Shown: piece by piece, positions 26,337-34,392 of the stretch
Numbering within the stretch: position 1 is the first letter of the stretch
How the letters are laid out: each line of letters opens with the position of its first letter
Virus record (IMG/VR): IMGVR_UViG_3300037473_000281
Location: 1-43,693 of that record
Source: a virus
Taxonomy: Duplodnaviria > Caudoviricetes
Direction: 5' to 3' (one strand)
Length of the DNA: 43,693 bases
Program-made: the position numbers and the translations under genes
Notes under the pieces: model-generated
Database searches by the model: none
What the model saw: only the letters and a program-made list of their open reading frames with translations
What the model was told of the DNA's origin: nothing

Positions 26337-26977
26337 CACCACCACTCCAGCTGCGCGTGCAGCGGCTCACCGCGCCTTCGCGGTTCCCCCTCGCGCCTCA
26401 CGAACTCGGCGACGATGAAGTCCGACAGTGCGCCCGTGCCCTCACCGAACTTCGGGCGATTGCACAGCCACACCAGGCGCGTCAGGTCGACGCGCGACCA
26501 GAGGCGCTCCCAGCGTCCGAGCCGCTTCGGGTTGTCGTCGCTACCGTGCACGAGCGCGGAACGAAAGATGCCGACCACGCGCGGCGCAAAGCCGAGCAGG
26601 TTCAGGATAAAGTCTACGTCTTGGTCGTTCTCATACGGGGGATTCGTCAGCCCGATGTCGAAACGGTCGCGCGGTGTGAAGCTGCGGAAGTCGCCGCGCA
26701 CGACCGCGAGTCTGCCGTGCCCACGGTGCGGGAGTTGCTTGAGCGCGGCCGCGTTGCGTGGGTCGATGTCGACGGCGGTAACGCGGCGCACGCGAAGGTC
26801 GCGCAGCGCCGGCTTGACCAACGAGCCTTGTCCAGCGGCGGGCTCGAGTACGCGTAGGCCCGTGCCCATGCCGCGCGTGCCCCATTCCCAAACGCGCTCG
26901 GCGAGCGCTGGCGGCGTGTACCACTGCGAGAGGTCCTTCGATCGCTCCTCGCCTTCCAGGCCCGGAAGCAACATCAT
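26336..26977 (-). CDS. Orphan amino (N6-adenine-type) DNA methyltransferase
   Basis: QWYTP, SAM-binding VLEPAAGQG, VDID, GDF, catalytic NPPY; GGAGG 8 nt upstream of ATG 26977. Confidence 0.9.
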   Translation of the reverse strand: MMLLPGLEGEERSKDLSQWYTPPALAERVWEWGTRGMGTGLRVLEPAAGQGSLVKPALRDLRVRRVTAVDIDPRNAAALKQLPHRGHGRLAVVRGDFRSFTPRDRFDIGLTNPPYENDQDVDFILNLLGFAPRVVGIFRSALVHGSDDNPKRLGRWERLWSRVDLTRLVWLCNRPKFGEGTGALSDFIVAEFVRREGEPRRRGEPLHAQLEWW

Positions 26978-27009
26978 CACCGGAACCTCCGGCAGCACGA
27001 GCGATCGCT

Positions 27010-27018
27010 GGGGGGGGG
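27010..27018. repeat. G9/C9 homopolymer in a micro-ORF upstream of the methyltransferase
   Basis: Nine consecutive G residues. Confidence 0.9.
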
Positions 27019-27031
27019 CTTTCTCATGCGA

Positions 27032-27688
27032 TCAGCGCCTGATCTCGCGGAAGAACGAGTTGCGGGTCGGCGCTGAGCACCGCACGCGCTCCCACTTCCC
27101 CGCGCGCACGGCGCGCAGCGCGCGTTCGTGATCTGTCGGCAGCGTCAGCCCGCCCCAGTGAACGGCGGGCGCGCACGGGTCCTCTACGCGATCGGCGAGC
27201 GTGCGCAGCTCCTCCCAGCGCGCGTTGTCCACCCCCTCCCAGGACGGCTCGTCGCCATCGGGCAGCTGCCGCGCGAACGCGGCGCGCTCGCTCTTCGCGT
27301 CGAGCGCGCTGTACGCGTGCAGCATCCGAGCGAACGTCCATCCCGCACGCGCAGCGCGGCGGGCGATAGCTCCGCGAATGGCGCCGCAGTCCGGCAGAGA
27401 GAACGAGGCTTCGACCCAGCAGGCCCGCGCAAGGTCGAGGGTCACCGCGGCTTCCGGTGGAAGAGCTCCCGCGGTACCGGCCGCGGGTCCGCCGGCTTTC
27501 GAGGCCGGTTCTGTTTTGGGTTCATCTTGAGCGCCGGCCGGCAGCGGGGTGCTGCAGCGGACGGCGGCGACTGTGAACAGCACGACGACGACCACGAAAC
27601 CGATCAAGGCGCGCGGGCGGATGGGTTGCTCCGGGCGTCGCGTGAAGTGCTCGTTCACGTGCTGCAGCGCTCTCTCGTCGTCGGTCAT
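27032..27688 (-). CDS. Membrane-anchored SleB/Hydrolase_2-like cell wall hydrolase (candidate endolysin)
   Basis: TM segment LIGFVVVVVLFTVAAV; LARACWVEA, GAIRGAIARR, DPCAPAVHW and RNSFF follow the order of Hydrolase_2 motifs. Confidence 0.6.
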   Translation of the reverse strand: MTDDERALQHVNEHFTRRPEQPIRPRALIGFVVVVVLFTVAAVRCSTPLPAGAQDEPKTEPASKAGGPAAGTAGALPPEAAVTLDLARACWVEASFSLPDCGAIRGAIARRAARAGWTFARMLHAYSALDAKSERAAFARQLPDGDEPSWEGVDNARWEELRTLADRVEDPCAPAVHWGGLTLPTDHERALRAVRAGKWERVRCSAPTRNSFFREIRR

Positions 27689-27831
27689 CGTCGCTCGCTC
27701 GCTTTCTGTTCCTGCTGTTGCACGTGCAACTTCGGCCAACCGTTTCCCATCAGCGCCATGCCGCTCAGCACGACCGTGATGGCGAACACGAGCGCAACGC
27801 TGCGCAGGTTCTTGTCGTCGTTCGGGCTCAT
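27685..27831 (-). CDS. Small single-TM protein (48 aa), absent from the ORF track
   Basis: MSPNDDKNLRSVALVFAITVVLSGMALMGNGWPKL...; ATGA-coupled at both ends. Confidence 0.55.
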   Translation of the reverse strand: MSPNDDKNLRSVALVFAITVVLSGMALMGNGWPKLHVQQQEQKASERR

Positions 27832-28208
27832 CGGCACCTCACGTAGCAATGCACGCACGCGGTCTCGTGCGTGCGCGGCGCGCAGGTCCAGTCCTCGTCG
27901 CGCGCAACGAATCCGCAGTCCGACAGGCTCGCCGTGAACGGGCTGTTGCCGTCGCTGCCCGTTCTGAACGCGTGCACCTTCGTTCCACCGCGCTGCATCC
28001 AGACCCAGCCTTCAGCGCAGGTCGGCGCCGGAGGCGGTTGCTGCGCGCGCATCTCGCGCTCCGCGAGCATGACCATCGCCTGCAGCTCGGCGTGCACCGC
28101 GGGAACGTTTCGCTTGCGGCGCAGCCGATGGATGCGCGCGAGCCGCAGGTCGAGCTGCTCGTCGAACGTTGTCGACGGCGGCGTTAGCTTCAGGGCAGCG
28201 CTGCTCAT
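27828..28208 (-). CDS. Hypothetical protein with C-terminal H/C zinc-binding motif
   Basis: KVHAF...SDCG...CVHC. Confidence 0.55.
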   Translation of the reverse strand: MSSAALKLTPPSTTFDEQLDLRLARIHRLRRKRNVPAVHAELQAMVMLAEREMRAQQPPPAPTCAEGWVWMQRGGTKVHAFRTGSDGNSPFTASLSDCGFVARDEDWTCAPRTHETACVHCYVRCR

Positions 28209-28504
28209 GCCGCCCTCGCATGCGCGTCTGCGTTGAAGCACGGCAGCAGCTGGCCCATCGTGCCGCCGTCAGCTGCAACGGTCGTGATCACGCTCCACCG
28301 GACTTCCGTGCAGCGCTGGCCATTGCGTAGCTGTACGCCGCAGAAGTCCCAACAGCGATGACCGACGACGGCGAGGCCGTGGTTGCACAGCGGGCACGCG
28401 CGCTTGATCTCCGGCACGGCGGGGATCGGCTTCTTGACGCGCGTCGGCGGTGTGAAGATGGCCGCGCGCAGCTCGCGGTCGCGCTCTTGCTGCTCGGGCG
28501 TCAT
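28205..28504 (-). CDS. Hypothetical Cys-rich protein
   Basis: CPLC...HRC..FC..RC; coupled to the rep gene. Confidence 0.55.
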   Translation of the reverse strand: MTPEQQERDRELRAAIFTPPTRVKKPIPAVPEIKRACPLCNHGLAVVGHRCWDFCGVQLRNGQRCTEVRWSVITTVAADGGTMGQLLPCFNADAHARAA

Positions 28505-29613
28505 GAGGCGCGCGCCTCCACGCGCGGGATGCGGTCCTGCAGGTCGGATTCACGCAGGTAGAGATCATGCAGCTCGCTGTCCTCGTCGCGAGTGCGCTCG
28601 GTCTTCCGCTTGAGCTCGCGGATCTTCCCCTGCACACCAGCGAGCTCGTCGCGCAGTGCCACGGCCTTGGGTGACGGTGCGCGCGGCGCTGCGTCCTCGA
28701 CCGGATGCGACGACTTGCCCGGCTCTCGACCGGCCGCGTACTTGTGCCAGTGCTTGCGGATGTGCGTCGGGTCGACGACCTGCCAGTTGCGCTGCGCATA
28801 GTCGCTGGCCGCGATCGTGTCGAGCACCTTCGCGAGCTCGGCAGCCGGTCGCTCGCCGATCCACGCCCAGTCGTCGAAGAACGATTTCAGCTCGTGCTTG
28901 ACGTGCGGGAGCAGCCGCAGGTCGAATGTTTTGCGGGCTTCGAGCGCACGCTCTCGGCGCTCAGCGCCAGCGAACGACCGGACGGGCGGCAGCTCGGGAT
29001 CTGCCCGGTCCGGGGCGGACGCCTCGCGCACACGCGCGCGCGTGATCTCGCTCTGCCGTTCTGAATTCTCTCCCTCTGCCTTCTCCCCTCTTCCGTCTGA
29101 CGTCTTGTCGTCACCGTGTCCGTCACCGTCACGCGCACCGTGACCGTTACCGTGCGCGTCACCCTGTCCGTCACCGTGCCCATCATCGTCACGCCGGTCC
29201 TTCGAACGGTGCTTCCGTTGTCGGCCCGCTGACTCGGACTCCTGGTACGTCCAGAACTTGTAGAAACCGTAGGCTCCGTCTGCACTTACGTAGACGGTAC
29301 CCGCGTCGATCAACTCCTGCAGAGCAGCCTCCACCTCCGAGGCGGAGAAGTGCGCCGCGCGGGCGATCGCCGTGACGGTGACGGGCCTCCCGTTCGGCTG
29401 GCGCGCGCATACCGCGTCGCTCCGGTCGTACGGTTGACCGTCACGTGGTGCGTCACTGTCACGCGGACTGTGATCGTCACGGTGACGCGCGTTCGTCGAC
29501 GCCTTGCACATGAGCATGAGCGGCGAGCCGAGCGCGAGCGCAATGCCGGAGAGGTCCGCGTGCGAGCGCGAGCTGTACCAGCTCCACCAAATCTTCGACC
29601 AGGGGTCGGCCAT
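28501..29613 (-). CDS. Phage replication initiator (lambda O-like architecture)
   Basis: WSKIW..WY N-terminus, wHTH (IARAAHFSASEVEAALQELIDAG), FWTYQ...RQRKHR, repeat linker, E/R-rich segment; internal iterons. Confidence 0.8.
   Translation of the reverse strand: MADPWSKIWWSWYSSRSHADLSGIALALGSPLMLMCKASTNARHRDDHSPRDSDAPRDGQPYDRSDAVCARQPNGRPVTVTAIARAAHFSASEVEAALQELIDAGTVYVSADGAYGFYKFWTYQESESAGRQRKHRSKDRRDDDGHGDGQGDAHGNGHGARDGDGHGDDKTSDGRGEKAEGENSERQSEITRARVREASAPDRADPELPPVRSFAGAERRERALEARKTFDLRLLPHVKHELKSFFDDWAWIGERPAAELAKVLDTIAASDYAQRNWQVVDPTHIRKHWHKYAAGREPGKSSHPVEDAAPRAPSPKAVALRDELAGVQGKIRELKRKTERTRDEDSELHDLYLRESDLQDRIPRVEARAS
29109..29192. repeat. Iteron-like array: 7 degenerate 12-bp units (consensus CGTCACCGTGNC)
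   Basis: CGTCACCGTGTC CGTCACCGTCAC GCGCACCGTGAC CGTTACCGTGCG CGTCACCCTGTC CGTCACCGTGCC CATCATCGTCAC. Confidence 0.75.
29439..29486. repeat. Second iteron-like array: 4 degenerate 12-bp units
   Basis: CGTCACGTGGTG CGTCACTGTCAC GCGGACTGTGAT CGTCACGGTGAC. Confidence 0.6.
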
Positions 29614-30159
29614 CTACGCCGCCCTCCCCGTGCGCTCTCGCCTGCGCTCGGCCGCAGCAGCGTCGCGCTCGGCGGCGGCGCAGACGGCGTCGCAGTAGCG
29701 CGTGGCGTCCCGGTCCCCGCCGTCGATGAAGAAGTCGCGCCGGCACTCTCGGTACCCGCACACGCGGTGCCCAGCGCGGCGCGCGGCAGCTTCGTGCAGG
29801 CGCCGCGCCATCGTGAGCGCAAGGTCCGCCGGCATGCTGTCGAGTGCGTCGACGGCGCGCTGCAGGGCGGCGCGCGCGGCGAGCCCGACGGGCAGCACGC
29901 TCGGAGTTGTGGTCACGGTCGGCTTCGCGACGAGCTCGTCGGCGATCAACAGCTGCAGCATCTCGGTCAGGTTCTGCGACGAGGTCGCCTGGCAGATGCG
30001 GCGCACGTGCGTTTTGAGTGTGGTCTCGGTGATGTCGAAGCGGTCGACCATCCACGCGCGCGTCTCGCCCGACGCAAACGCGAGTGCGATCTCCTGCTCG
30101 CGTGGCGCGAGTCGGTAGCGCAGCGCAAAGCGGCGCACGGCTTCGGCGAGCGTCGTCAT
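29614..30159 (-). CDS. LuxR-type HTH regulator with C-terminal CGNR-like zinc finger
   Basis: LAPREQEIA...G......FDITETTLKTHVRRICQAT; VCGYRECRRDF...RYCDAVC. Confidence 0.8.
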   Translation of the reverse strand: MTTLAEAVRRFALRYRLAPREQEIALAFASGETRAWMVDRFDITETTLKTHVRRICQATSSQNLTEMLQLLIADELVAKPTVTTTPSVLPVGLAARAALQRAVDALDSMPADLALTMARRLHEAAARRAGHRVCGYRECRRDFFIDGGDRDATRYCDAVCAAAERDAAAAERRRERTGRAA

Positions 30160-30656
30160 TCGGCGACGACCTCCTGCTCGTCGAGAGGTTCCGCGAACAC
30201 CTGCGCGCCGGGCATGATGCCCTCGCGCCGGCGCACGAGAGCGATCAGCAGGCGCTGCTCGGCGTACGCCGACGCTGCGTGGTCGAACGGAACGCACGGG
30301 GTCACCACGCGCACCTCGCGCTTGTGGCATTCGAGAAGGCCCCAGCCTTCCAGGAACAAGCGGTTGCCGCGCAGGTGCTCGTCGAGCAGTCCGGGCTCGG
30401 TCATGAAATAGCGCTCACGACCCATCCCGAGCAGCGGGTGGCGGCGAAAGAACTTCTGCCGGTCGCCGTGGAAGTCGCTGATCGCGGTCTTGCACTCGAT
30501 GACGATCGAACCAGCGCCGCGGAGACGCCAGCCGATGGCATCGGGCTGCTCTTCAAGGTCCTGCCCTGCTGGCTCCGCAACGACGACCACGCAGCGCTGC
30601 TGGTTGCGTAGCCAGCGGCCGGCGCGTTGCACGAGCTCGGCGTGCGTCATGGACAT
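30156..30656 (-). CDS. PD-(D/E)XK-fold protein, MmcB-like
   Basis: EQPDAIGW...IECKTAISDF..D..K.FR...GMG..RYF. Confidence 0.65.
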   Translation of the reverse strand: MSMTHAELVQRAGRWLRNQQRCVVVVAEPAGQDLEEQPDAIGWRLRGAGSIVIECKTAISDFHGDRQKFFRRHPLLGMGRERYFMTEPGLLDEHLRGNRLFLEGWGLLECHKREVRVVTPCVPFDHAASAYAEQRLLIALVRRREGIMPGAQVFAEPLDEQEVVAE

Positions 30657-31324
30657 GACGCCTCCGCGCGCGAAGCGCGACACTGCGCGCTGAAGATCTC
30701 CCACGCGTCGACGTCGCGCTGCTCCACGTCCACGGTCGGCGCGTGCCTCAGCCAGTGCACGACGCCCTGCCCGCCCGGGAACCTGAATGCGACGGACCCG
30801 ACGGGCGTGCGCTCATGCTCCGTCCCGCGTGCTCCGAACGTCAGCCCGTTCGCGTGCACGATCGTGATGCCCGGCCACCGGTCGAGCGCGTCGATCTGCA
30901 CGCCGCGGTGCGCGCCTTTGCGATGGCCGATGTCCGCGTAGCGCGCATCGCAGCAGGCCTCGGAACAATACAGCTTGCCGAGGTGCTCGAAGTACGGACC
31001 GCCACCTTCATCGATGCGATCGGTCTCGCGGTCGTGGCTCAGATGTAGTTCGCAGCCGGCGCACGTGTACCACCACCCGTGGTCGAGATAGATGCGCGCG
31101 GTGATCTTGTGCCCCAGGTATTGATCGAACTCCGGCGCGCGGCGCACGCGCAGGTCCTTCCACTCGACGTTGTCGCAACCATCGAAGCCATGAACGTTGC
31201 TCTTCGCCTCGGACGGCTTGCTCGCGAACGTGATCCGCGCGTAGCCCTCGTCATCGTCCCACTCGACCTTGTAGGCCTTGAGCAGTCTCTCCGCGACGTC
31301 AGGCGCCGCGCTTGGCGTGTTCAC
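30647..31324 (-). CDS. Hypothetical protein with Cys motifs
   Basis: VRRAPEFDQY, GWWYTCAGC, YCSEAC. Confidence 0.6.
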   Translation of the reverse strand: MNTPSAAPDVAERLLKAYKVEWDDDEGYARITFASKPSEAKSNVHGFDGCDNVEWKDLRVRRAPEFDQYLGHKITARIYLDHGWWYTCAGCELHLSHDRETDRIDEGGGPYFEHLGKLYCSEACCDARYADIGHRKGAHRGVQIDALDRWPGITIVHANGLTFGARGTEHERTPVGSVAFRFPGGQGVVHWLRHAPTVDVEQRDVDAWEIFSAQCRASRAEASCP

Positions 31325-31394
31325 GGGCACACCTCCGACGCTTCGTGCCTGCGCCCGCAACGCTTGCAGCGCGAGAACGAGATGAACGCGCGCA

Positions 31395-31754
31395 TCACGC
31401 AACCTCCGGGAGTCGGTAGTACACGCGGCCCGTGCCGCTCAGTGGCGACGGCTCACGCGGATCGGCAACCAGGTCACCCCTCGCTTTCAGCCGGCGAAGC
31501 GCCTGCGCGGCCAACGCGTAGCTGGTGCTCGTGCGCTTGGCGACCTCGACGCTGTAGAGGCGCGTCCCAGGGACGAAGAGCTGCAGGATGCGTGCGTCCA
31601 GTCGAGCGCGCGCACTGCGATGCTCGATCGCGCGATCACCTCTCAGCGCGCGCGCCTGCACTTCCGTCATGCGCGCTTCGGCGCGAGCGGCCGTGTTGAA
31701 GCAACGCGAGTTGACGCGGTGCCGGACGCCGCAGTTGGCGCAGGGCTCGCTCAC
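31395..31754 (-). CDS. Putative winged-helix DNA-binding protein
   Basis: N-terminal CANC..H; EVAKRTSTSYALAAQALRRL...G...GRVYYRL. Confidence 0.6.
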   Translation of the reverse strand: MSEPCANCGVRHRVNSRCFNTAARAEARMTEVQARALRGDRAIEHRSARARLDARILQLFVPGTRLYSVEVAKRTSTSYALAAQALRRLKARGDLVADPREPSPLSGTGRVYYRLPEVA

Positions 31755-32017
31755 TTCCGCTTCGCCTCTGTCGCCTCAGCCGCGACGCGCCACCCCAACC
31801 TCTTCGCCGCGTCCCGCAACGATGCTTCGACGCGCGCCCGCGCGTTCTTCTCGCGCAATCGCTTCGGCGCTTCGATGGACGAGCGCGCGATCACGCGGCC
31901 GTCGTTGGAGATCAACGCACCGTAGGCCGCGACGCCGGCAGCGCCGGTCTCGGTGCTGATCGAAAGCCGAGCGGTCTTTGCAGCTGACGGCGGCGCGGAT
32001 GACGTACTGAGTTTCAT
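31751..32017 (-). CDS. Hypothetical protein (88 aa)
   Basis: Overlap-coupled on both sides. Confidence 0.5.
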   Translation of the reverse strand: MKLSTSSAPPSAAKTARLSISTETGAAGVAAYGALISNDGRVIARSSIEAPKRLREKNARARVEASLRDAAKRLGWRVAAEATEAKRK

Positions 32018-32469
32018 GCAGGCTCCTTGTACGGACGGAGGCGGCCACTACCCGGCCGACGACGACCTTTTTTGAAAGCGTCGAGCGCGTTGTCGCTGGC
32101 AGAACCCTCGAACAGGTGGTCCGGGTTCACGCACGGCGGGTTGTCGCAGGTGTGGCAGGCGAGTCCGCTGGGCCACCGGCCCAGCTTCATCGCCAGCGCA
32201 AAGCGGTGTGCTCGGATAACAACGAGACCGGCAGGACCAACTGCGCGCATCTGCCCATAGCCACCGCGCGTCTTTGCTCGAGTCCAAAGCCAACAGCCGG
32301 TCGCCTCGTCGCGAGTAAAGCTGCGCATGAATCTGGCGACGCTGCGTTCGTCATGCGGATCGAAAATGGTCGGCCGAGGCCGACGGTAGCCATCCAGTCT
32401 GGGCGGCTGGTCACGCAGCACAGCTTGCGATTTCCCGCGTGTCGCACTATGTGCGTGTGATGCGGTCAC
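32014..32469 (-). CDS. HNH endonuclease (HNH_3-type)
   Basis: GCWLWT..GYG...RAHR...CHTCDNPPCVNPDHLFEGS..DN..D..KGR. Confidence 0.9.
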   Translation of the reverse strand: MTASHAHSATRGKSQAVLRDQPPRLDGYRRPRPTIFDPHDERSVARFMRSFTRDEATGCWLWTRAKTRGGYGQMRAVGPAGLVVIRAHRFALAMKLGRWPSGLACHTCDNPPCVNPDHLFEGSASDNALDAFKKGRRRPGSGRLRPYKEPA

Positions 32470-32729
32470 GCAGCCCGTCCTTGCTCGCGCAGCTTCTTTG
32501 CGCGCTTCTCGGCTCGCAGGGCGGCACGGCTCTGGTTCCACGCAAGCGCGGGGATGCCAACGATCTTCTCGATGCGCTGCGCCAGCTCCATTCCCGGGTG
32601 ATGGCGGCGCTGCTCGATGTAGAGCAGGCCGCTAGCCGAGCAGGGAGCCAACTCCTGTGCGGCCTCGGCAAAGGTGCGGGTTCCGCGCCATTCCGTGAGC
32701 AGTTGCTGCGGGCTCTTTCGCGACTTCAC
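32466..32729 (-). CDS. Cro-like XRE regulator
   Basis: LTEWRGTRTFAEAAQEL..SASGLLYIEQRRHHPGMELAQRIEKIVGIP; divergent from the repressor. Confidence 0.8.
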   Translation of the reverse strand: MKSRKSPQQLLTEWRGTRTFAEAAQELAPCSASGLLYIEQRRHHPGMELAQRIEKIVGIPALAWNQSRAALRAEKRAKKLREQGRAA

Positions 32730-32736
32730 ATCCCGG

Positions 32737-32777
32737 ACTGTGACTCTGTGACTCACAGTTGTCAACAGGTCTGTGAA
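32737..32777 (-). promoter_or_regulatory. PR-like promoter and operator
   Basis: TTGACA-N17-CACAGT-N7-GTG (leaderless cro); the -35 lies inside TTCACA-N5-GTTGACA-N2-TGTGAG. Confidence 0.75.
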
Positions 32778-33403
32778 TGACCACTGTGATTGCGGCTTCC
32801 GCTACGCATGTCGGTGTGAAAGACACCGGCGCAAAGCGGCTCGCATCCGACCGGCTGTTGATCCTCGTGGACCAACTCCTCCGGGAGTTTCCCGACGAGA
32901 CGCAGAACAGCATCACGTGGGAAAAACTTGGGATTACGCCATCCTACATTTCGACGCAGCGCGTCCGACGCTCGCTTGGGTTGGACGCAGTCGGCAAGAT
33001 TTGTGACCGCCTGGGGATCAGCTTGAAGTTCTTCACAGACCAGTGGCCCGAAGGCGAGCGTAGCTACAAGGACTACCTCTCAGGCCGGCAACCGGACTCG
33101 CGGTCGACCGGGCCGATTACGCAGCACCCGGGCCTGCGTGAACTTCTCCGTCGACAGAACCTCGGGGAGATCGAGCACGAGGTCGAGGCGGAGATTTACG
33201 CATGGGCTGCGCAGCACCCAGATGCTTCTGTCGACCGCGTCGAGCAAGAGCTGCGTTGGCTGCGTCTGCATCACTATCTTGCGCTCGGCGATGCTGCAGC
33301 GCTCCGCAAGGCGCAGCGCGAGTTCAACGAAGCTCTTGAGCGGCACCAGCTCAGGAAACAGCCTCGCAAGCCGTTGGCCCCGGTGAAGGACGCCGACGAA
33401 TAG
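32777..33403 (+). CDS. CI-like XRE repressor without an S24 peptidase domain
   Basis: HTH WEKLGITPSYIS...LGLDAVGKICDRLGISLKFF; divergent from cro; alternative GTG start at 32816. Confidence 0.75.
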   Translation: MTTVIAASATHVGVKDTGAKRLASDRLLILVDQLLREFPDETQNSITWEKLGITPSYISTQRVRRSLGLDAVGKICDRLGISLKFFTDQWPEGERSYKDYLSGRQPDSRSTGPITQHPGLRELLRRQNLGEIEHEVEAEIYAWAAQHPDASVDRVEQELRWLRLHHYLALGDAAALRKAQREFNEALERHQLRKQPRKPLAPVKDADE

Positions 33404-33414
33404 CGCGGGAACGC

Positions 33415-33822
33415 CTAGCTCGCGTTGCGCAGAGGCTCGCTGAGACCAAGTTCGGCAGCGCGCGCCATTACGAAGTCGTGCGGAAGCGCCGCGTAGTGCT
33501 TCAGTAGTTCATCTGTATTCAGAACGCGTGCCGCGCAGAGAAACGCTTCGCGCGGTAGCATGATGGCGCGCGCGACGGCGGACACATCTTCGCGGTTCGC
33601 GATCATGTCGCGTTCGCGCAGCGCCCACGTGGCCAGGCACTCGGCGATGACGCGCTCGCGCTCATCGCTGCGCATGGCACCGCAGTTGATGGTGCGCCCG
33701 CTGAGCGCAGCGCCTTCTATGCACGCGGGCACCACGCGCAAGCCACAAGCCCACGCCAATGAAAATGCGCTCCACCCTTCAAATCCGCCGGAGATGGCCG
33801 CTGCGATCGCGTCGTGGTCCAT
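33415..33822 (-). CDS. Degenerate ImmA/IrrE-like protein (HExxH absent)
   Basis: EGAAL.G.TI...ERERVIAECLATW...EDVSAVARAIMLP aligns by eye to the M78 pattern R.RF.IAHELGH...E..A..FA..LLMP. Confidence 0.6.
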   Translation of the reverse strand: MDHDAIAAAISGGFEGWSAFSLAWACGLRVVPACIEGAALSGRTINCGAMRSDERERVIAECLATWALRERDMIANREDVSAVARAIMLPREAFLCAARVLNTDELLKHYAALPHDFVMARAAELGLSEPLRNAS

Positions 33823-33989
33823 GTGAGGCGCAAATGCTGCCAGAACCCAGTGATTTCAGCCACGTACGTATTATCCCACACAGGCCGGCAGTCGCGACCG
33901 CGCCTGGCTAGCCGTACGGCCCGCTGGTATGGCCGTTCTGGCTGAAAGCGTCTGATTTTCGCAATGTCCGAAAGAGATTCACAGACTCG

Positions 33990-34030
33990 TTCACAAAGAC
34001 GTTGACAGTTGTGAGCGGCTGATTTATCAC
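33990..34030 (+). promoter_or_regulatory. PL-like promoter and operator
   Basis: TTCACA-AAGAC-GTTGACA-GT-TGTGAG, same architecture as at 32752-32777; TTGACA-N17-TATCAC; lies ahead of the plus-strand early operon. Confidence 0.7.
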
Positions 34031-34069
34031 TCTCCTTGTCACCGCGGCCCAGCCGCCAAGGAGAGCCCG

Positions 34070-34357
34070 ATGCCCATCACGACGCAGCAACCGGCGCCCA
34101 GCGCAGCACCCTCCGCCCTGCCCCCGAGCGGACAGCTGGGCGTCGGTTCATGCGCCGTGACCCCCGCCGTCTCGATCCTCTCCGAGTCCGGCCGCGAGCT
34201 GGAGGTTCTGATCGAGCGCGAGTTCGGGTGCGAGGTCGTGCACTGCTCGCTCTACTTCGACGAGCACTACACGCAGGTCGAGTGCCTCGACGAGGACCTG
34301 AGCGAGGCGGAGCAGGAAGCGATCCTCGCGGCGTGGCGGGGTGAGCCTGAGTTCTGA
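34070..34357 (+). CDS. Acidic hypothetical early protein
   Basis: AAGGAG RBS; first gene after the PL-like promoter. Confidence 0.6.
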   Translation: MPITTQQPAPSAAPSALPPSGQLGVGSCAVTPAVSILSESGRELEVLIEREFGCEVVHCSLYFDEHYTQVECLDEDLSEAEQEAILAAWRGEPEF

Positions 34358-34392
34358 CAACCGCCGCTGATGGCGGCAGAGGAGATTCCTTC

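Noticed and set aside
29109-29192. CRISPR-like array
   Set aside because: 12-bp tandem degenerate units without spacers, inside a CDS, and no cas genes
26336-32469. Restriction-modification system built from the MTase plus the HNH or PD-(D/E)XK gene
   Set aside because: The genes are kilobases apart and each type commonly occurs alone in phages
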